In this document: positions 50,428-60,899 of the stretch, one piece after another
Numbering within the stretch: the stretch's first letter is position 1
Layout: each line of letters starts with the position of its first letter
DNA from: Nitrospirota bacterium
GTDB taxonomy: Bacteria > Nitrospirota > UBA9217
DNA: 64,000 nucleotides
NCBI GenBank assembly: GCA_963840455.1
Contig: CAWIYV010000011.1
Coordinates: 704,001 to 768,000, forward strand
Direction of reading: 5' to 3'
Made by a program: the position numbers and the translations under genes
Notes under the pieces: model-generated
Seen by the model: the letters and a program-made list of their open reading frames with translations, nothing else
Told to the model about the DNA's origin: nothing
Database searches by the model: none

Positions 50428-50829
50428 TTACCGCTTCGAGAACTGGAACCGTGCGCGGGCGCCCTTCTGCCCGTACTTCTTGCGCTCTTTTTTCCGGGGG
50501 TCTCGGGTAAGCAGCCCTTCCTTGCGCAGCTTGCCCTTTGCCTCGGTGTCCACAGCAAGCAGCGCCTTGGAAATACCGTGCCGGATGGCGCCGGCCTGGC
50601 CCGAGGACCCGCCGCCGACCACCGTGGCAAGAACATCGTATTTATCCACCGTGCCCGTCACTTCAAAGGGCTGGCGAATGATCATCTTGAGCACGTCCCG
50701 GCCGAAGTACTGGTCAGACGTACGGTCATTGATCGTGATCTTCCCGCTGCCGGGCATCATCCACACCCGCGCGATGGAATTCTTCCGTTTGCCGGTCGCA
50801 TAGAACCGTGATACCGCTGCTGCTGACAT
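50428..50829 (-). CDS. rpsI: 30S ribosomal protein S9
   Basis: [16 protein letters not shown] and [10 protein letters not shown] motifs. Confidence 0.98.
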   Translation of the reverse strand: MSAAAVSRFYATGKRKNSIARVWMMPGSGKITINDRTSDQYFGRDVLKMIIRQPFEVTGTVDKYDVLATVVGGGSSGQAGAIRHGISKALLAVDTEAKGKLRKEGLLTRDPRKKERKKYGQKGARARFQFSKR

Positions 50830-50882
50830 TCAATCCCCTCCGTTTGTCGCGGGCCTGGGGCCCACGCGTTGAACTTCGCTTA

Positions 50883-51311
50883 TCAGAACTTCATCTCCGC
50901 CGGCTGCTGCGCCGCGTGCGGATGCTTGTCGCCTGCATAGACCTTGAGCTTGGAAAGCATCTGCTTGCCGAGCCGGGTCTTGGGGAGCATGCCCTCCACC
51001 GCCATCTTGAGCACCCGCTCGGGCTTGGTCTTCATCAGCTTGCCCGCCGTGACGGACTTGAGGCCGCCAGGATAGCCGGAATGACTGTAATAGGTCTTCT
51101 GGTCCAGCTTCTTTCCGGTGAGGTGGATCTTGTCGACGTTCACAACGATCACGAAATCGCCGGTGTCCACATGGGTGGTGTAGATGGGCTTTGTCTTGCC
51201 CTTGAGCACCGAAGCGATACGGCTTGCAAGCCTGCCGAGGGTCTTCCCGTTGGCGTCCACGACGAACCAGCTTCTCTTCACATCTTCTGCTTTTGCCGAA
51301 ACCGTAGCCAT
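50883..51311 (-). CDS. rplM: 50S ribosomal protein L13
   Basis: [21 protein letters not shown] and HPHAAQQP motifs. Confidence 0.98.
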   Translation of the reverse strand: MATVSAKAEDVKRSWFVVDANGKTLGRLASRIASVLKGKTKPIYTTHVDTGDFVIVVNVDKIHLTGKKLDQKTYYSHSGYPGGLKSVTAGKLMKTKPERVLKMAVEGMLPKTRLGKQMLSKLKVYAGDKHPHAAQQPAEMKF

Positions 51312-51346
51312 AATATCCGCCTTTGAAAACGATTTTGAGAAATGTG

Positions 51347-51375
51347 AATATAAACAAGTTGATGATATTTGTCAA
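51347..51375 (-). promoter_or_regulatory. rplM promoter
   Basis: TTGACA-17 bp-TATATT. Confidence 0.7.
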
Positions 51376-51674
51376 GCGTTTTTATGGACGGATAGTAAGA
51401 AATGTAGCGAGACCCGACCATGCGTATTTCGATAAATCGCATTAAATCAGCTTGTTAGGTGAACCATTGATCAATGACCGCCCTCCCGGGAAGGAATTGA
51501 CGCCCTGCACCTGAAGCCGAAAAGGGTAAACTTCGCCAGATGGTGCGCCTTTAGGATGCCGCTCATGACCATAACGCTGTTTTTTCCCATCTTAAGCACT
51601 TTTTCCTTGAACCCTCCGGGGGAGTATGGTATTTTAAGGGTCGCCTTTTTAACATTTGAGAAGGCTATCTCAAA

Positions 51675-51770
51675 ATCCACACGCGCCCGGGACCTGCTGC
51701 AGGGTGCCCTGTCGGGAAAACAGGGTCTGCTGCGGGGATGATCGGCGCGGAGGGAAAACCAGAAGGGGGG
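51675..51770 (+). promoter_or_regulatory. rpsB 5' leader (S2 autoregulatory, t44-like)
   Basis: CACACGCGCC...GGGTG...GGCGCGGAGG...AAACC stem; promoter TTGAAC-17 bp-TATTTT at 51607-51635. Confidence 0.6.
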
Positions 51771-51775
51771 ACACT

Positions 51776-52564
51776 ATGTCCACGATCACGATGAAGGAGT
51801 TGCTGGAAGCGGGGGTTCACTTCGGCCACCAGGCCAAGCGCTGGAATCCCAAGATGAAGAAGTACATCTTCGGAGAACGGAACGGGATCTACATTATCGA
51901 TCTCCAGAAGACCCTCAAGCTGTTCAAGGAAGCCTACGATTTCGTCCGCAATTCCTCCGCCCAGGGCAAGGATATCCTGTTCGTCGGCACCAAGAAACAG
52001 GCCCAGGATGCCATCACCGAAGAGGCCAAGCGCTGCGGGATGTATTACATCTCGAGCCGCTGGCTCGGCGGCATGCTCACCAACTACGCCACCATCAAAA
52101 AGAGCATCGATCGTCTCAAGAAGATCGAAAAGATGAAAGAGGACGGCACCTACGACAAGCTCACCAAGAAGGAAGTCGCCCGTCTGGAGAAAGAGCGCAC
52201 GAAGCTCGAGAAGATCCTCATCGGCATCAAGACCATGCCCGGGCTGCCGTCCCTCATGTTCGTCATCGATCCCCGCAACGAGCAGATCGCCGTGCAGGAA
52301 GCGAACCGCCTCGGCATTCCCGTCGTGGCCGTGGTCGATACCAACTGCGACCCCGACAACATCGACTATGTCATCCCGGGCAACGATGACGCCATCAGGG
52401 CCATCCGCCTCATGTCCTCCAAGATCGCCGATGCCGTCATCGAGGGCCGGCAGGCGATCGCCAAGGAAGCAGGGGCTGCTATGGAGGCCGCCAAGTCAGC
52501 AGGCGCCGCTGATCTTGCCGAGGTACCCGCGGCAGCTGCGGACGTCGTAGCGGACGAGGAATAA
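51776..52564 (+). CDS. rpsB: 30S ribosomal protein S2
   Basis: [10 protein letters not shown]...[14 protein letters not shown] and [10 protein letters not shown] motifs. Confidence 0.98.
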   Translation: MSTITMKELLEAGVHFGHQAKRWNPKMKKYIFGERNGIYIIDLQKTLKLFKEAYDFVRNSSAQGKDILFVGTKKQAQDAITEEAKRCGMYYISSRWLGGMLTNYATIKKSIDRLKKIEKMKEDGTYDKLTKKEVARLEKERTKLEKILIGIKTMPGLPSLMFVIDPRNEQIAVQEANRLGIPVVAVVDTNCDPDNIDYVIPGNDDAIRAIRLMSSKIADAVIEGRQAIAKEAGAAMEAAKSAGAADLAEVPAAAADVVADEE

Positions 52565-52686
52565 GCGCTCGACCGCACCGTGCTTCGCGTTGAACAGTTG
52601 CATGGTCGATCGACATGCTCCGGAACCGGCGGCATGGTGCAGCAAATCAGTATCAAACAATAACGAGGAAGGGGATCACACATACC

Positions 52687-53556
52687 ATGGCAGCAATATC
52701 CGCATCTGCAGTCAAGGACCTGCGCGAAAAGACCGGCGTGGGCATGATGGAAGCGAAAAAGGCGCTCGAAGAGGCCGGCGGGGACGCTGAGAAGGCGGTC
52801 GACATCCTCCGCAAGAAGGGGCTCTCTGCGGCGGCGAAGAAGGCGGCGCGCATCGCCTCCGAAGGCATGATCGCCTCGGCGCAGAAGGGCTCGGTCGGCG
52901 TGCTGATCGAGGTGAACAGCGAGACCGACTTCGTGGCGAAGAACGAGGAGTTCCAGAAGTTCGCCAGGGGCCTGGCGCTGCTCGCGGCAGAGAAGGCGCC
53001 GGCCGATGTTGCAGCCCTCTCCCAGCTCACGCTCGATGGCGAAAATGTCGAGGCCAAGCGCAACGCACTGGTCCAGAAGATCGGCGAGAACATCTCGATC
53101 CGGCGGTTCGAGCGGTTCCAGACGAACGACAGCCTTGCGATCTACCTCCATGGCACCAAGATCGGCGTGATGGTGGAGTACGCGGGCGGCGACGAACAGC
53201 TGGGCAAGGACATCGCCATGCACATCGCCGCGGCCAACCCGTCCTACCTTTCCCGCGATACGGTCGCTGCCGACGCAGTCGCCCGGGAGCGCGCGATCTG
53301 CGAGGCCCAGGCAAAGGAGACCGGCAAACCGGCGAACGTCATCGGCAAGATCGTGGACGGCAAGATGGAGAAGTTCTACGGCGACAACTGCCTCCTGGAG
53401 CAGATCTTCGTCAAGGACCCGGACGGCAAGCAGAAGGTCAAGAACATCTTGAAAACCGCAACGGTCAAGCGATTCACCCGGCTTCAGCTCGGCGAGGGTA
53501 TCGAGAAGAAGAAGGCCGATTTCGCCGAGGAAGTGGCCGCGCAGCTGAAGCAGTAG
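52687..53556 (+). CDS. tsf: Elongation factor Ts
   Basis: LREKTGVGMM, EVNSETDFVA and AMHIAA motifs. Confidence 0.98.
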   Translation: MAAISASAVKDLREKTGVGMMEAKKALEEAGGDAEKAVDILRKKGLSAAAKKAARIASEGMIASAQKGSVGVLIEVNSETDFVAKNEEFQKFARGLALLAAEKAPADVAALSQLTLDGENVEAKRNALVQKIGENISIRRFERFQTNDSLAIYLHGTKIGVMVEYAGGDEQLGKDIAMHIAAANPSYLSRDTVAADAVARERAICEAQAKETGKPANVIGKIVDGKMEKFYGDNCLLEQIFVKDPDGKQKVKNILKTATVKRFTRLQLGEGIEKKKADFAEEVAAQLKQ

Positions 53557-53651
53557 CGCGCGACGTGACGGGCGGGCCGCAGCCCGCTATGGTCCAGGAC
53601 AACGCTCTTCGACTCTTCCCGCCCTTCCGGCGGGACCAACGGCGCAGGTGA

Positions 53652-54374
<723 letters not shown>

Positions 54375-54381
54375 TACTGCT

Positions 54382-54945
54382 ATGGTGAACGAGCTTATCA
54401 AAAAGGCCGACGACAAGATGAACAAGGCCCACGACACCCTGAAGCGGGAGTTCGCCGCCATCAGGACTGGCCGGGCGTCCCTCGGCATCCTCGACGGCAT
54501 CATAGTGGATTACTATGGCACGCCCACGCCGCTGAATCAGGTGGCGAACCTCGCCGTGCCGGACCCCAAGACGATAACCATCCAGCCCTTTGAGCCCAAA
54601 CTGCTGAGCGAGATCGAAAAGGCCATCCAGAAATCGGACGTCGGGCTCAATCCCGGCAACGACGGCAAGGTCATCCGGCTGTCCATCCCGCCCCTTACCG
54701 AGGAGCGTCGGCATCAGATCGTGAAGCACGCGAAGAAGCTCGCCGAGGACACCCGCGTGGCCTGCCGGAACATCCGTCATGAGGCCATCAACGACCTGAA
54801 GAAGAAAGCGAAGGACAAGGATTCCCACGTATCCGAGGACCAGGTCAAGAAGGTCCAGGACGAGATCCAGAAGCTCACGGACAGCCATATCAAAAAGCTC
54901 GACGAGCTGCTTGCCCACAAGGAAAAAGAGATCATGACCGTGTGA
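54382..54945 (+). CDS. frr: Ribosome recycling factor
   Basis: IRTGRAS, VDYYG, PPLTEERR and KEKEIM motifs. Confidence 0.98.
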   Translation: MVNELIKKADDKMNKAHDTLKREFAAIRTGRASLGILDGIIVDYYGTPTPLNQVANLAVPDPKTITIQPFEPKLLSEIEKAIQKSDVGLNPGNDGKVIRLSIPPLTEERRHQIVKHAKKLAEDTRVACRNIRHEAINDLKKKAKDKDSHVSEDQVKKVQDEIQKLTDSHIKKLDELLAHKEKEIMTV

Positions 54946-54966
54946 TGCGCGGCAGGAGGAGCGACC

Positions 54967-55350
54967 ATGCTGAAGAGACCGTTCGCCAGGATCCTTTCGC
55001 TGTACCTCATCGTCGCCCTGTTCGCGCTCGCCTTTCCGGCGCAAGGATGGGCCATGATCGTTCCCGCGGACCAGGCAGAAACGCGGTCGGCAGACCTGGC
55101 GAAGGTCCAGACAGCGCTCGAATCCTCGGTGGTCAGGCAGAGGCTCCTTGACTACGGCCTCACGCCCGACGAGGCGACAAAACGGCTGGGAGCCCTCTCG
55201 GACGAGCAGATGCACCAATTTGCCGCACACATGGATGCGGTGCAGGCAGGCGGCGATGTTCTCAGCGATGTGCTCGTCATCCTGTTGATCGTGGTCATCG
55301 TCATTGCCATCCTCGAGCTGACCGGCCACCACGTCGTTATCAGGCATTAA
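54967..55350 (+). CDS. PA2779-family secreted protein, copy 1
   Basis: Signal peptide (AQGWA), GLTPDEA..RL.ALSDEQ, AVQAGG, C-terminal hydrophobic helix. Confidence 0.85.
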   Translation: MLKRPFARILSLYLIVALFALAFPAQGWAMIVPADQAETRSADLAKVQTALESSVVRQRLLDYGLTPDEATKRLGALSDEQMHQFAAHMDAVQAGGDVLSDVLVILLIVVIVIAILELTGHHVVIRH

Positions 55351-55387
55351 AACGCGGGCAGTCATCCCTGCATTCAGGAGGTGTTGT

Positions 55388-55810
55388 ATGAAGCACATGC
55401 TCAGAGCGTTCTATACCCGGCCTCTTGTCATCTACCTCGTCCTTGCGCTCGTTGCCATCTCGACCGCAGCCGGACCCGCCGAGGCCATGCTCCTGCCGGT
55501 CTCCCCGGACGCAGCACCGGGTGCTCCGGCCTATGACCGCGCCGCTGACCTCGCAACGGTCCAGAAGACCCTCGAATCCAAAGAACTCCGGCAGAAGCTC
55601 CTGGACTACGGACTCACGCCTGAAGAGACCGAGGCCCGCATCGCTGCCCTTTCCGACGAACAGCTCCACCAGCTCTCCGCAAACCTGGACTCGGTCCAGG
55701 CCGGCGGCGATAGCGTCCTTGGCATCCTTCTGGGCCTTGTGATCATCGCGCTCCTGGTGGTGCTGATCATCTACCTCCTCGAAGGCCGGATCGAGATCAA
55801 GAAAAAATGA
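55388..55810 (+). CDS. PA2779-family secreted protein, copy 2
   Basis: Signal peptide (PAEA), GLTPEETEARIAALSDEQ, SVQAGG, hydrophobic helix followed by KKK. Confidence 0.85.
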   Translation: MKHMLRAFYTRPLVIYLVLALVAISTAAGPAEAMLLPVSPDAAPGAPAYDRAADLATVQKTLESKELRQKLLDYGLTPEETEARIAALSDEQLHQLSANLDSVQAGGDSVLGILLGLVIIALLVVLIIYLLEGRIEIKKK

Positions 55811-56394
55811 TCCCTGACGGGAAGAACACAAAGGCCGTGAACAGCATACTGTCTGCTCACGGCCTTTTTTTGCTTGGTGCGATCGTCCTTGCGGCGGGGT
55901 GCGGGGGGAAAAGCTTCGAAGCCATCAGGCCCGGCATCGAGGCGCGGGGCCACTACATCGGCGGCGTCCCTTTCTTCCGGCAGACCGGACATGATTGCGG
56001 CCCGGCGGCACTCGCCGGCATCCTCGCATTCTACGGCAGGCCCGTGGACCTGGAAACGATAACCGCGAGCATCTATCTGCCCAAACTCCGGGGGACCCTG
56101 CCCATGGACCTCGAGCGCTACGCCAAGGACGCGGGGCTCAAGACAGCATCGTCAGACGGGACCACCGACGACCTGAGATCCGCTGTCAGGAGCAATACTC
56201 CGATCATCTGCCTCCTTGACCTGGGCTTGGGACCGTACCGGCAGCCGCATTATGTGACGATCATCGGCTTCGATGATGGGAACGGACTGTTCATCATGCA
56301 CGATGGCGTTACCCCGGACAGGACCATGCCCTATGAGGGCTTTGAGGAAAAATGGGCGCGGGCAGGACGATGGATGATCGTGATCAAACCCTGA
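55807..56394 (+). CDS. C39-like cysteine peptidase lipoprotein (PA2778-like)
   Basis: Lipobox LAAGC; VPFFRQ...DCGPAAL (Gln/Cys), HYVTIIGFD (His), HDG (Asp). Confidence 0.88.
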   Translation: MIPDGKNTKAVNSILSAHGLFLLGAIVLAAGCGGKSFEAIRPGIEARGHYIGGVPFFRQTGHDCGPAALAGILAFYGRPVDLETITASIYLPKLRGTLPMDLERYAKDAGLKTASSDGTTDDLRSAVRSNTPIICLLDLGLGPYRQPHYVTIIGFDDGNGLFIMHDGVTPDRTMPYEGFEEKWARAGRWMIVIKP

Positions 56395-56448
56395 GGGCAG
56401 GGAGATCATGGCTGTCTCGACCACCCCAGCCTTTACTACCAAAAGGAA

Positions 56449-57117
56449 GTGACCAGGAGCATGCCCCAGCGCGTCGTACATTATGCCGTTTTCCTGCTCG
56501 CATTGCTGTTCTCCGGCTGCTCCCTCCCGCAGATCATCGTGCTGCATGACCCGCTCTCGGCCGAGGAACACATCAAGCTCGGCGGCATTTACGATTCCCA
56601 GGGAAAGACCGGGCTCGCGCGTGAACAGTACCGCTTCGCGGTGCGACAGGACCCGAAGAACGGCCGGGCGTGGTCTCTGCTGGGCGACATCGCTTACCGG
56701 GAAAAGGACTATCCCGAAGCGGAGAAGGCATACGGGAAGGCACTGGACCTTGATCCGAAGAGCGGCGATCTTCACAACAATTTAGCATGGGTCTATGTCC
56801 AGCAGGACAGGAAACTGAGCAAGGCGCAGAACCTGGTCATGCGGGCTCTGGAACTCGCTCCCGACCACCGGCCTTACTACCTCGATACGCTCGGCGTCAT
56901 CCAGCTCAAGCTCGGAAAGATCCCGGACGCGATCACCTCGCTCCTGGAAGCGGCGGAAACAATCCCCCGGAGCCAGCCGGACCTCCTTGCCGAGGCCTAT
57001 CAGCATCTGGCGGACGCGTACCATACTGCAGGTGACAGTCTTGCAGCTGATAACGCCCTGGAACGACTGCGCCAACTGAAGCCCGTAACGCCAAAAGAGC
57101 CTGTCCTGCAGCCTTGA
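56449..57117 (+). CDS. TPR-repeat lipoprotein
   Basis: Lipobox FSGC; TPR units (AWSLLG, NNLAWVY, YLDTLG). Confidence 0.88.
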   Translation: MTRSMPQRVVHYAVFLLALLFSGCSLPQIIVLHDPLSAEEHIKLGGIYDSQGKTGLAREQYRFAVRQDPKNGRAWSLLGDIAYREKDYPEAEKAYGKALDLDPKSGDLHNNLAWVYVQQDRKLSKAQNLVMRALELAPDHRPYYLDTLGVIQLKLGKIPDAITSLLEAAETIPRSQPDLLAEAYQHLADAYHTAGDSLAADNALERLRQLKPVTPKEPVLQP

Positions 57118-57133
57118 AAGAAACAGATTCCGC

Positions 57134-58543
57134 TGTTCTTCCAAAGTGATAATGTCGTATTTCTCCCAGGCAGAAATGTCGTATTGTCCTTCCGTCAAGG
57201 GAGGGCACGATGGGGAGAGGCATTATCACGATGAGCATGAAGGAAGCAAAGCGGTTACATCTTGTTCGTAAAGCCGTAGAGAAAAGGATAACCCAAGCAG
57301 AGGCGGCAGATATGGCTGGTTTATGCCTTCGACAGCTGCAGCGGATCATTCGGCGTGTCAGGAGGGAAGGCGATGCCGGGGTTTGCCATTGTGCTCGGGG
57401 GAGGAAGCCCAACAACCAGATAGCGGAGACGGTCAAAGACACGGTAATCGAACTTTGCCGCGAACGCTACCATGAGTTTGGTCCTACCCTCGCGAGCGAA
57501 AAGCTTCGGGAGAAGAACCGCATCAAGGTAAGCGTTGAGACCCTGCGGACCTGGTTTCTTGAGGCAGGGTTGCCGTACCGGCAGCGCAAGAGGCGGCCGC
57601 ACCGGCAGTGGCGGGAACGGAAAGCATGCCGGGGCGCCATGGTGCAGTTGGACGGTTCCCACCACGACTGGTTTGAGGGCCGCGGCCCGGCCTGCGTACT
57701 GATGGGATACGTGGACGATGCCACCGGTGAAGTATACGCCAGGTTCTATGATTACGAAGGTACGCTTCCAGCCATGGACAGCTTCAAAGGATATATCAGG
57801 CAGTACGGCATTCCTCAGAGCGTGTATTTAGACCGCCATTCGACCTATAAAGCGCCGGTTCAGTATCAGACGATCGAAGACCAGCTTGAAGGCCGACAGC
57901 TCATGAGCCAGTTCGAAAGAAGCCTTCAGGAACTCGGCGTGACGGTGATCCATGCCTATTCTCCGCAAGCCAAGGGGCGGGTGGAGCGGTTATTCGGGAC
58001 ATTTCAGGACCGGGTGATAAAAGAAATGCGGCTAGCAGGCATCAGAAGTAAAGACGAGGGGAATGCGTTTTTGGAAACCTACTTGCCTGGCTACAATCAG
58101 AGATATCGGGTATCTCCGGCGAAGGACACGGATCTCCACCGACCGTTTACAGATCGCAGGGAGTTGGAACGGATATTGTCCATTCGGACCGTGCGGGCAT
58201 TGCGCAATGACTTCACCATTGCTCATGACAAGAAGCTCTATCAGATCAAAGACAATATCCGGGCTAAGAAGGTGTTGGTGGAAGAGCGGACGGATGGTTC
58301 AATGCGGATTCTGCATAATGGGCAACGCTTGAGGTTTCAGAAGATTACTGCCCGGCCGGAAAAAGAACGTAGGGAGTCGCTGAAGCTGCACAAGACTTGG
58401 GATAGGGGAAAGCCGGCAGGGGCACATCCGTGGAGAGCGCCCCTTAACCTCGATCAGAAAGAAAAGACAGCAGTGTCCAGCACCTCTTAAAACAGGACAT
58501 TTCTGCTTTGGTAAGAATACGACATTTCTGCTTGGGCTTGACA
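57134..58543 (+). mobile_element. IS1202-family (formerly ISNCY) insertion sequence, 1410 bp, 16-bp target duplication
   Basis: TGT...ACA ends; subterminal AATGTC/GACATT repeats; direct repeat AAGAAACAGATTCCGC at 57118-57133 and 58544-58559. Confidence 0.93.
57210..58490 (+). CDS. DDE transposase (IS1202/ISNCY)
   Basis: VQLDGSHHDWFEGRG, VYLDRHS and SPQAKGRVERLFGTFQDR motifs. Confidence 0.95.
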   Translation: MGRGIITMSMKEAKRLHLVRKAVEKRITQAEAADMAGLCLRQLQRIIRRVRREGDAGVCHCARGRKPNNQIAETVKDTVIELCRERYHEFGPTLASEKLREKNRIKVSVETLRTWFLEAGLPYRQRKRRPHRQWRERKACRGAMVQLDGSHHDWFEGRGPACVLMGYVDDATGEVYARFYDYEGTLPAMDSFKGYIRQYGIPQSVYLDRHSTYKAPVQYQTIEDQLEGRQLMSQFERSLQELGVTVIHAYSPQAKGRVERLFGTFQDRVIKEMRLAGIRSKDEGNAFLETYLPGYNQRYRVSPAKDTDLHRPFTDRRELERILSIRTVRALRNDFTIAHDKKLYQIKDNIRAKKVLVEERTDGSMRILHNGQRLRFQKITARPEKERRESLKLHKTWDRGKPAGAHPWRAPLNLDQKEKTAVSSTS

Positions 58544-58612
58544 AAGAAACAGATTCCGCTTGACTTTTCAGGCCGAATAATAGATATTTATATTTCCGTT
58601 TCGGCGGAAATC

Positions 58613-58688
58613 GGGCGGATAGCTCAGCTGGGAGAGCACAGCCCTTACAAGGCTGGGGTCACAGGTTCGATCCCTGTTCCGCCTACCA
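58613..58688 (+). tRNA. tRNA-Val(TAC)
   Basis: Cloverleaf with anticodon loop CTTACAA and CCA end. Confidence 0.97.
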
Positions 58689-58756
58689 ATAGCAGCAACT
58701 TCGGATGACGGCTTTCCCGATCCGTACTCCGAAATTTTCAAATTGCACTCACCACG

Positions 58757-58833
58757 GGGGTGGTAGTTCAGCCGGTTAGAACGCCTGCCTGTCACGCAGG
58801 AGGTCGCGGGTTCGAGTCCCGTCCACCCCGCCA
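58757..58833 (+). tRNA. tRNA-Asp(GTC)
   Basis: Cloverleaf with anticodon loop CTGTCAC and GCCA end. Confidence 0.97.
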
Positions 58834-58940
58834 TTCATCGCCTGGAATTCCAGAACACCGCGCCGCAGTCACGTTCCTGTCTCCATTCTCCCGTCTCCCG
58901 TCTCCTGCATTGTATGTTATACTTTACCCGAGAGATTCCC

Positions 58941-60839
58941 ATGACCGAATTCGACATGCATCCCTGGCTCCAGAAGGTATCACAGCAATACCCGGGCAAG
59001 TTCGCAACCGCGAACATCATGTTCAGCAAGATCCACCCCGGGGACCACATCTTCATCGGCACCGGCTGCGGGGAACCGCAGTTCCTGGTCCGGTCCCTCA
59101 TCGAGTACGTCCAGTCCAATCCCAAGGCCTTCTTCGACACCGAGCTCCTGCAGGTCTGGGCCCTCGGCGTGGCGCCCTACGGGGACGAGAAGTTCAAGGA
59201 CAATTTCCGCTACAACTCGTTCTTCATCGGAAACAATACCCGTCAGGCGGTGAACAAAGGGCTCGCGGACTACACCCCCGTCTTCCTGTCCCAGGTCCCC
59301 TCGCTCTTCGCCCGCAGGATCGTGCCCGTGGACGTGGCGCTTATCCAGACCTCCTTCCCCGACGAGCACGGGTTCCTGAGCCTAGGCATCAGCGTGGACA
59401 TCGTGAAAGCGGCGGTCGAGAACGCGTCGCTGGTCGTCGCCCAGGTGAATGTCGAGATGCCCCGCGTCCACGGCGAGACCTTCATCCACATCCGGGATGT
59501 GGACTACCTGGTCCCCGGGAATGAGCCGCTCCTCGAGTTCACCAGCGTCGTGTCCGATGAGATCGCCGAACGCATCGGGAAGTACGTCGCCCGCATCGTA
59601 CAGGACGGCGACACCATCCAGGTGGGCTACGGCAGCATCCCGAACGCGATCCTGTCGCACCTGAAGGACAAGAAGCACCTCGGGGTCCACACCGAGCTCA
59701 TGACCGACGGGATCGTCGAGCTCATGCGGACGGGAGTGGTCGACAACTCGCAGAAGGACCTGAACCGCGGCAAGACCGTGGCCGCGTTCTGCATGGGAAA
59801 ACGCGAGACCTACCGGTACCTGCATGACAACCCGGCGGTCGAGTTCCGGCAGGTGAATTACACCAACAATCCAACGGTCCTGGCGCGCCAGCGGAACATG
59901 ACGGCCATCAACAGCGCGCTGGAGATCGACCTCACCGGCCAGGCCACGGCCGAGTCCATCGGCGAGATCTTTTACAGCGGCATCGGCGGCCAGGCCGACT
60001 TCATGCGCGGCGCCATCCTCTCGCCGGGCGGCAAGACGATCCTCGCCATCCAATCCACGGCGGAGAACGGCGAGGTCTCGCGCATCGTCCCCTTCGTGAA
60101 GGAAGGCGCGGGCATTACCCTGGGACGAGGCGACATCCACTACGTGGTGACCGAGTACGGCATCGCCTACCTGCACGGCAAGAACATCCGCGAGCGCGCC
60201 ATGGACCTCATCTCCATCGCCCACCCGAAGTTCCGGCCCATGCTCATCGGGGAGGCCAAGCGCCGGCACCTCATCTACCGCGACCAGCTCTACATCACCG
60301 GCGAAGGAGGCGAGTATCCCGAGCACCTCGAAGCGCACCGCACGACCCACCGCGGCTTCGCCGTGTTCTTCCGGCCGGTGCGGATGAATGATGAGCACCT
60401 CCTGAAGGACTTCTTCTACCAGCTCACGAACGACAGCATGTACCACCGCTTCATCTCGATGCGGACCGACATGCCTCACGAGCGGCTCCAGAAATTCGTG
60501 GCCATCGACTACCGGCGGGAGATGGTGATCCTGGCGACGATCGAGCAGGAGGGGAAAGAGGTCGCGGTCGGGATGGGGCAGTACATGATCGACGAGAAGA
60601 GCCATACGGCGGAAGTGGCCTTCGTGGTGCTTGACGTGTACCAGGGCAAGGGCATCGGCGCGGAGCTGCTCACCTACCTCACGTTCCTTGCCAAGAAGCA
60701 GGGGCTCCTCGGCTTCGCCGCAACCGTGCTCCAGGACAACAAACCCATGCTCCACTTGTTCGAGAGCATGGGTTTTGAGATTGAAAAACGGCTCGATGCC
60801 GGTACCTACGAGCTCATCATGTCCTTCAGGGAAACCTGA
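58941..60839 (+). CDS. Acetyl-CoA hydrolase/CoA-transferase fused to a C-terminal GNAT domain
   Basis: IQVGYGSIPN, LGVHTE and SGIGGQADF CoA-transferase motifs; AEVAFVV.D.YQGKGIG GNAT motif. Confidence 0.92.
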   Translation: MTEFDMHPWLQKVSQQYPGKFATANIMFSKIHPGDHIFIGTGCGEPQFLVRSLIEYVQSNPKAFFDTELLQVWALGVAPYGDEKFKDNFRYNSFFIGNNTRQAVNKGLADYTPVFLSQVPSLFARRIVPVDVALIQTSFPDEHGFLSLGISVDIVKAAVENASLVVAQVNVEMPRVHGETFIHIRDVDYLVPGNEPLLEFTSVVSDEIAERIGKYVARIVQDGDTIQVGYGSIPNAILSHLKDKKHLGVHTELMTDGIVELMRTGVVDNSQKDLNRGKTVAAFCMGKRETYRYLHDNPAVEFRQVNYTNNPTVLARQRNMTAINSALEIDLTGQATAESIGEIFYSGIGGQADFMRGAILSPGGKTILAIQSTAENGEVSRIVPFVKEGAGITLGRGDIHYVVTEYGIAYLHGKNIRERAMDLISIAHPKFRPMLIGEAKRRHLIYRDQLYITGEGGEYPEHLEAHRTTHRGFAVFFRPVRMNDEHLLKDFFYQLTNDSMYHRFISMRTDMPHERLQKFVAIDYRREMVILATIEQEGKEVAVGMGQYMIDEKSHTAEVAFVVLDVYQGKGIGAELLTYLTFLAKKQGLLGFAATVLQDNKPMLHLFESMGFEIEKRLDAGTYELIMSFRET

Positions 60840-60899
60840 ACTGTATCCTCTTAAATCCTATAACCGTCCGCCAGCTATCCCACCGCAATCGAATACCTT

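Noticed and set aside
49233-50636. N-terminal extensions in the ORF track for argC (also mutY, rsmH, ftsL, rpsB, tsf, crp)
   Set aside because: They overlap neighbouring genes, terminators or att sites; downstream starts match family N-termini.
58613-58833. tRNA-integrated genomic island
   Set aside because: No integrase and no duplicated tRNA 3' end seen in the window.
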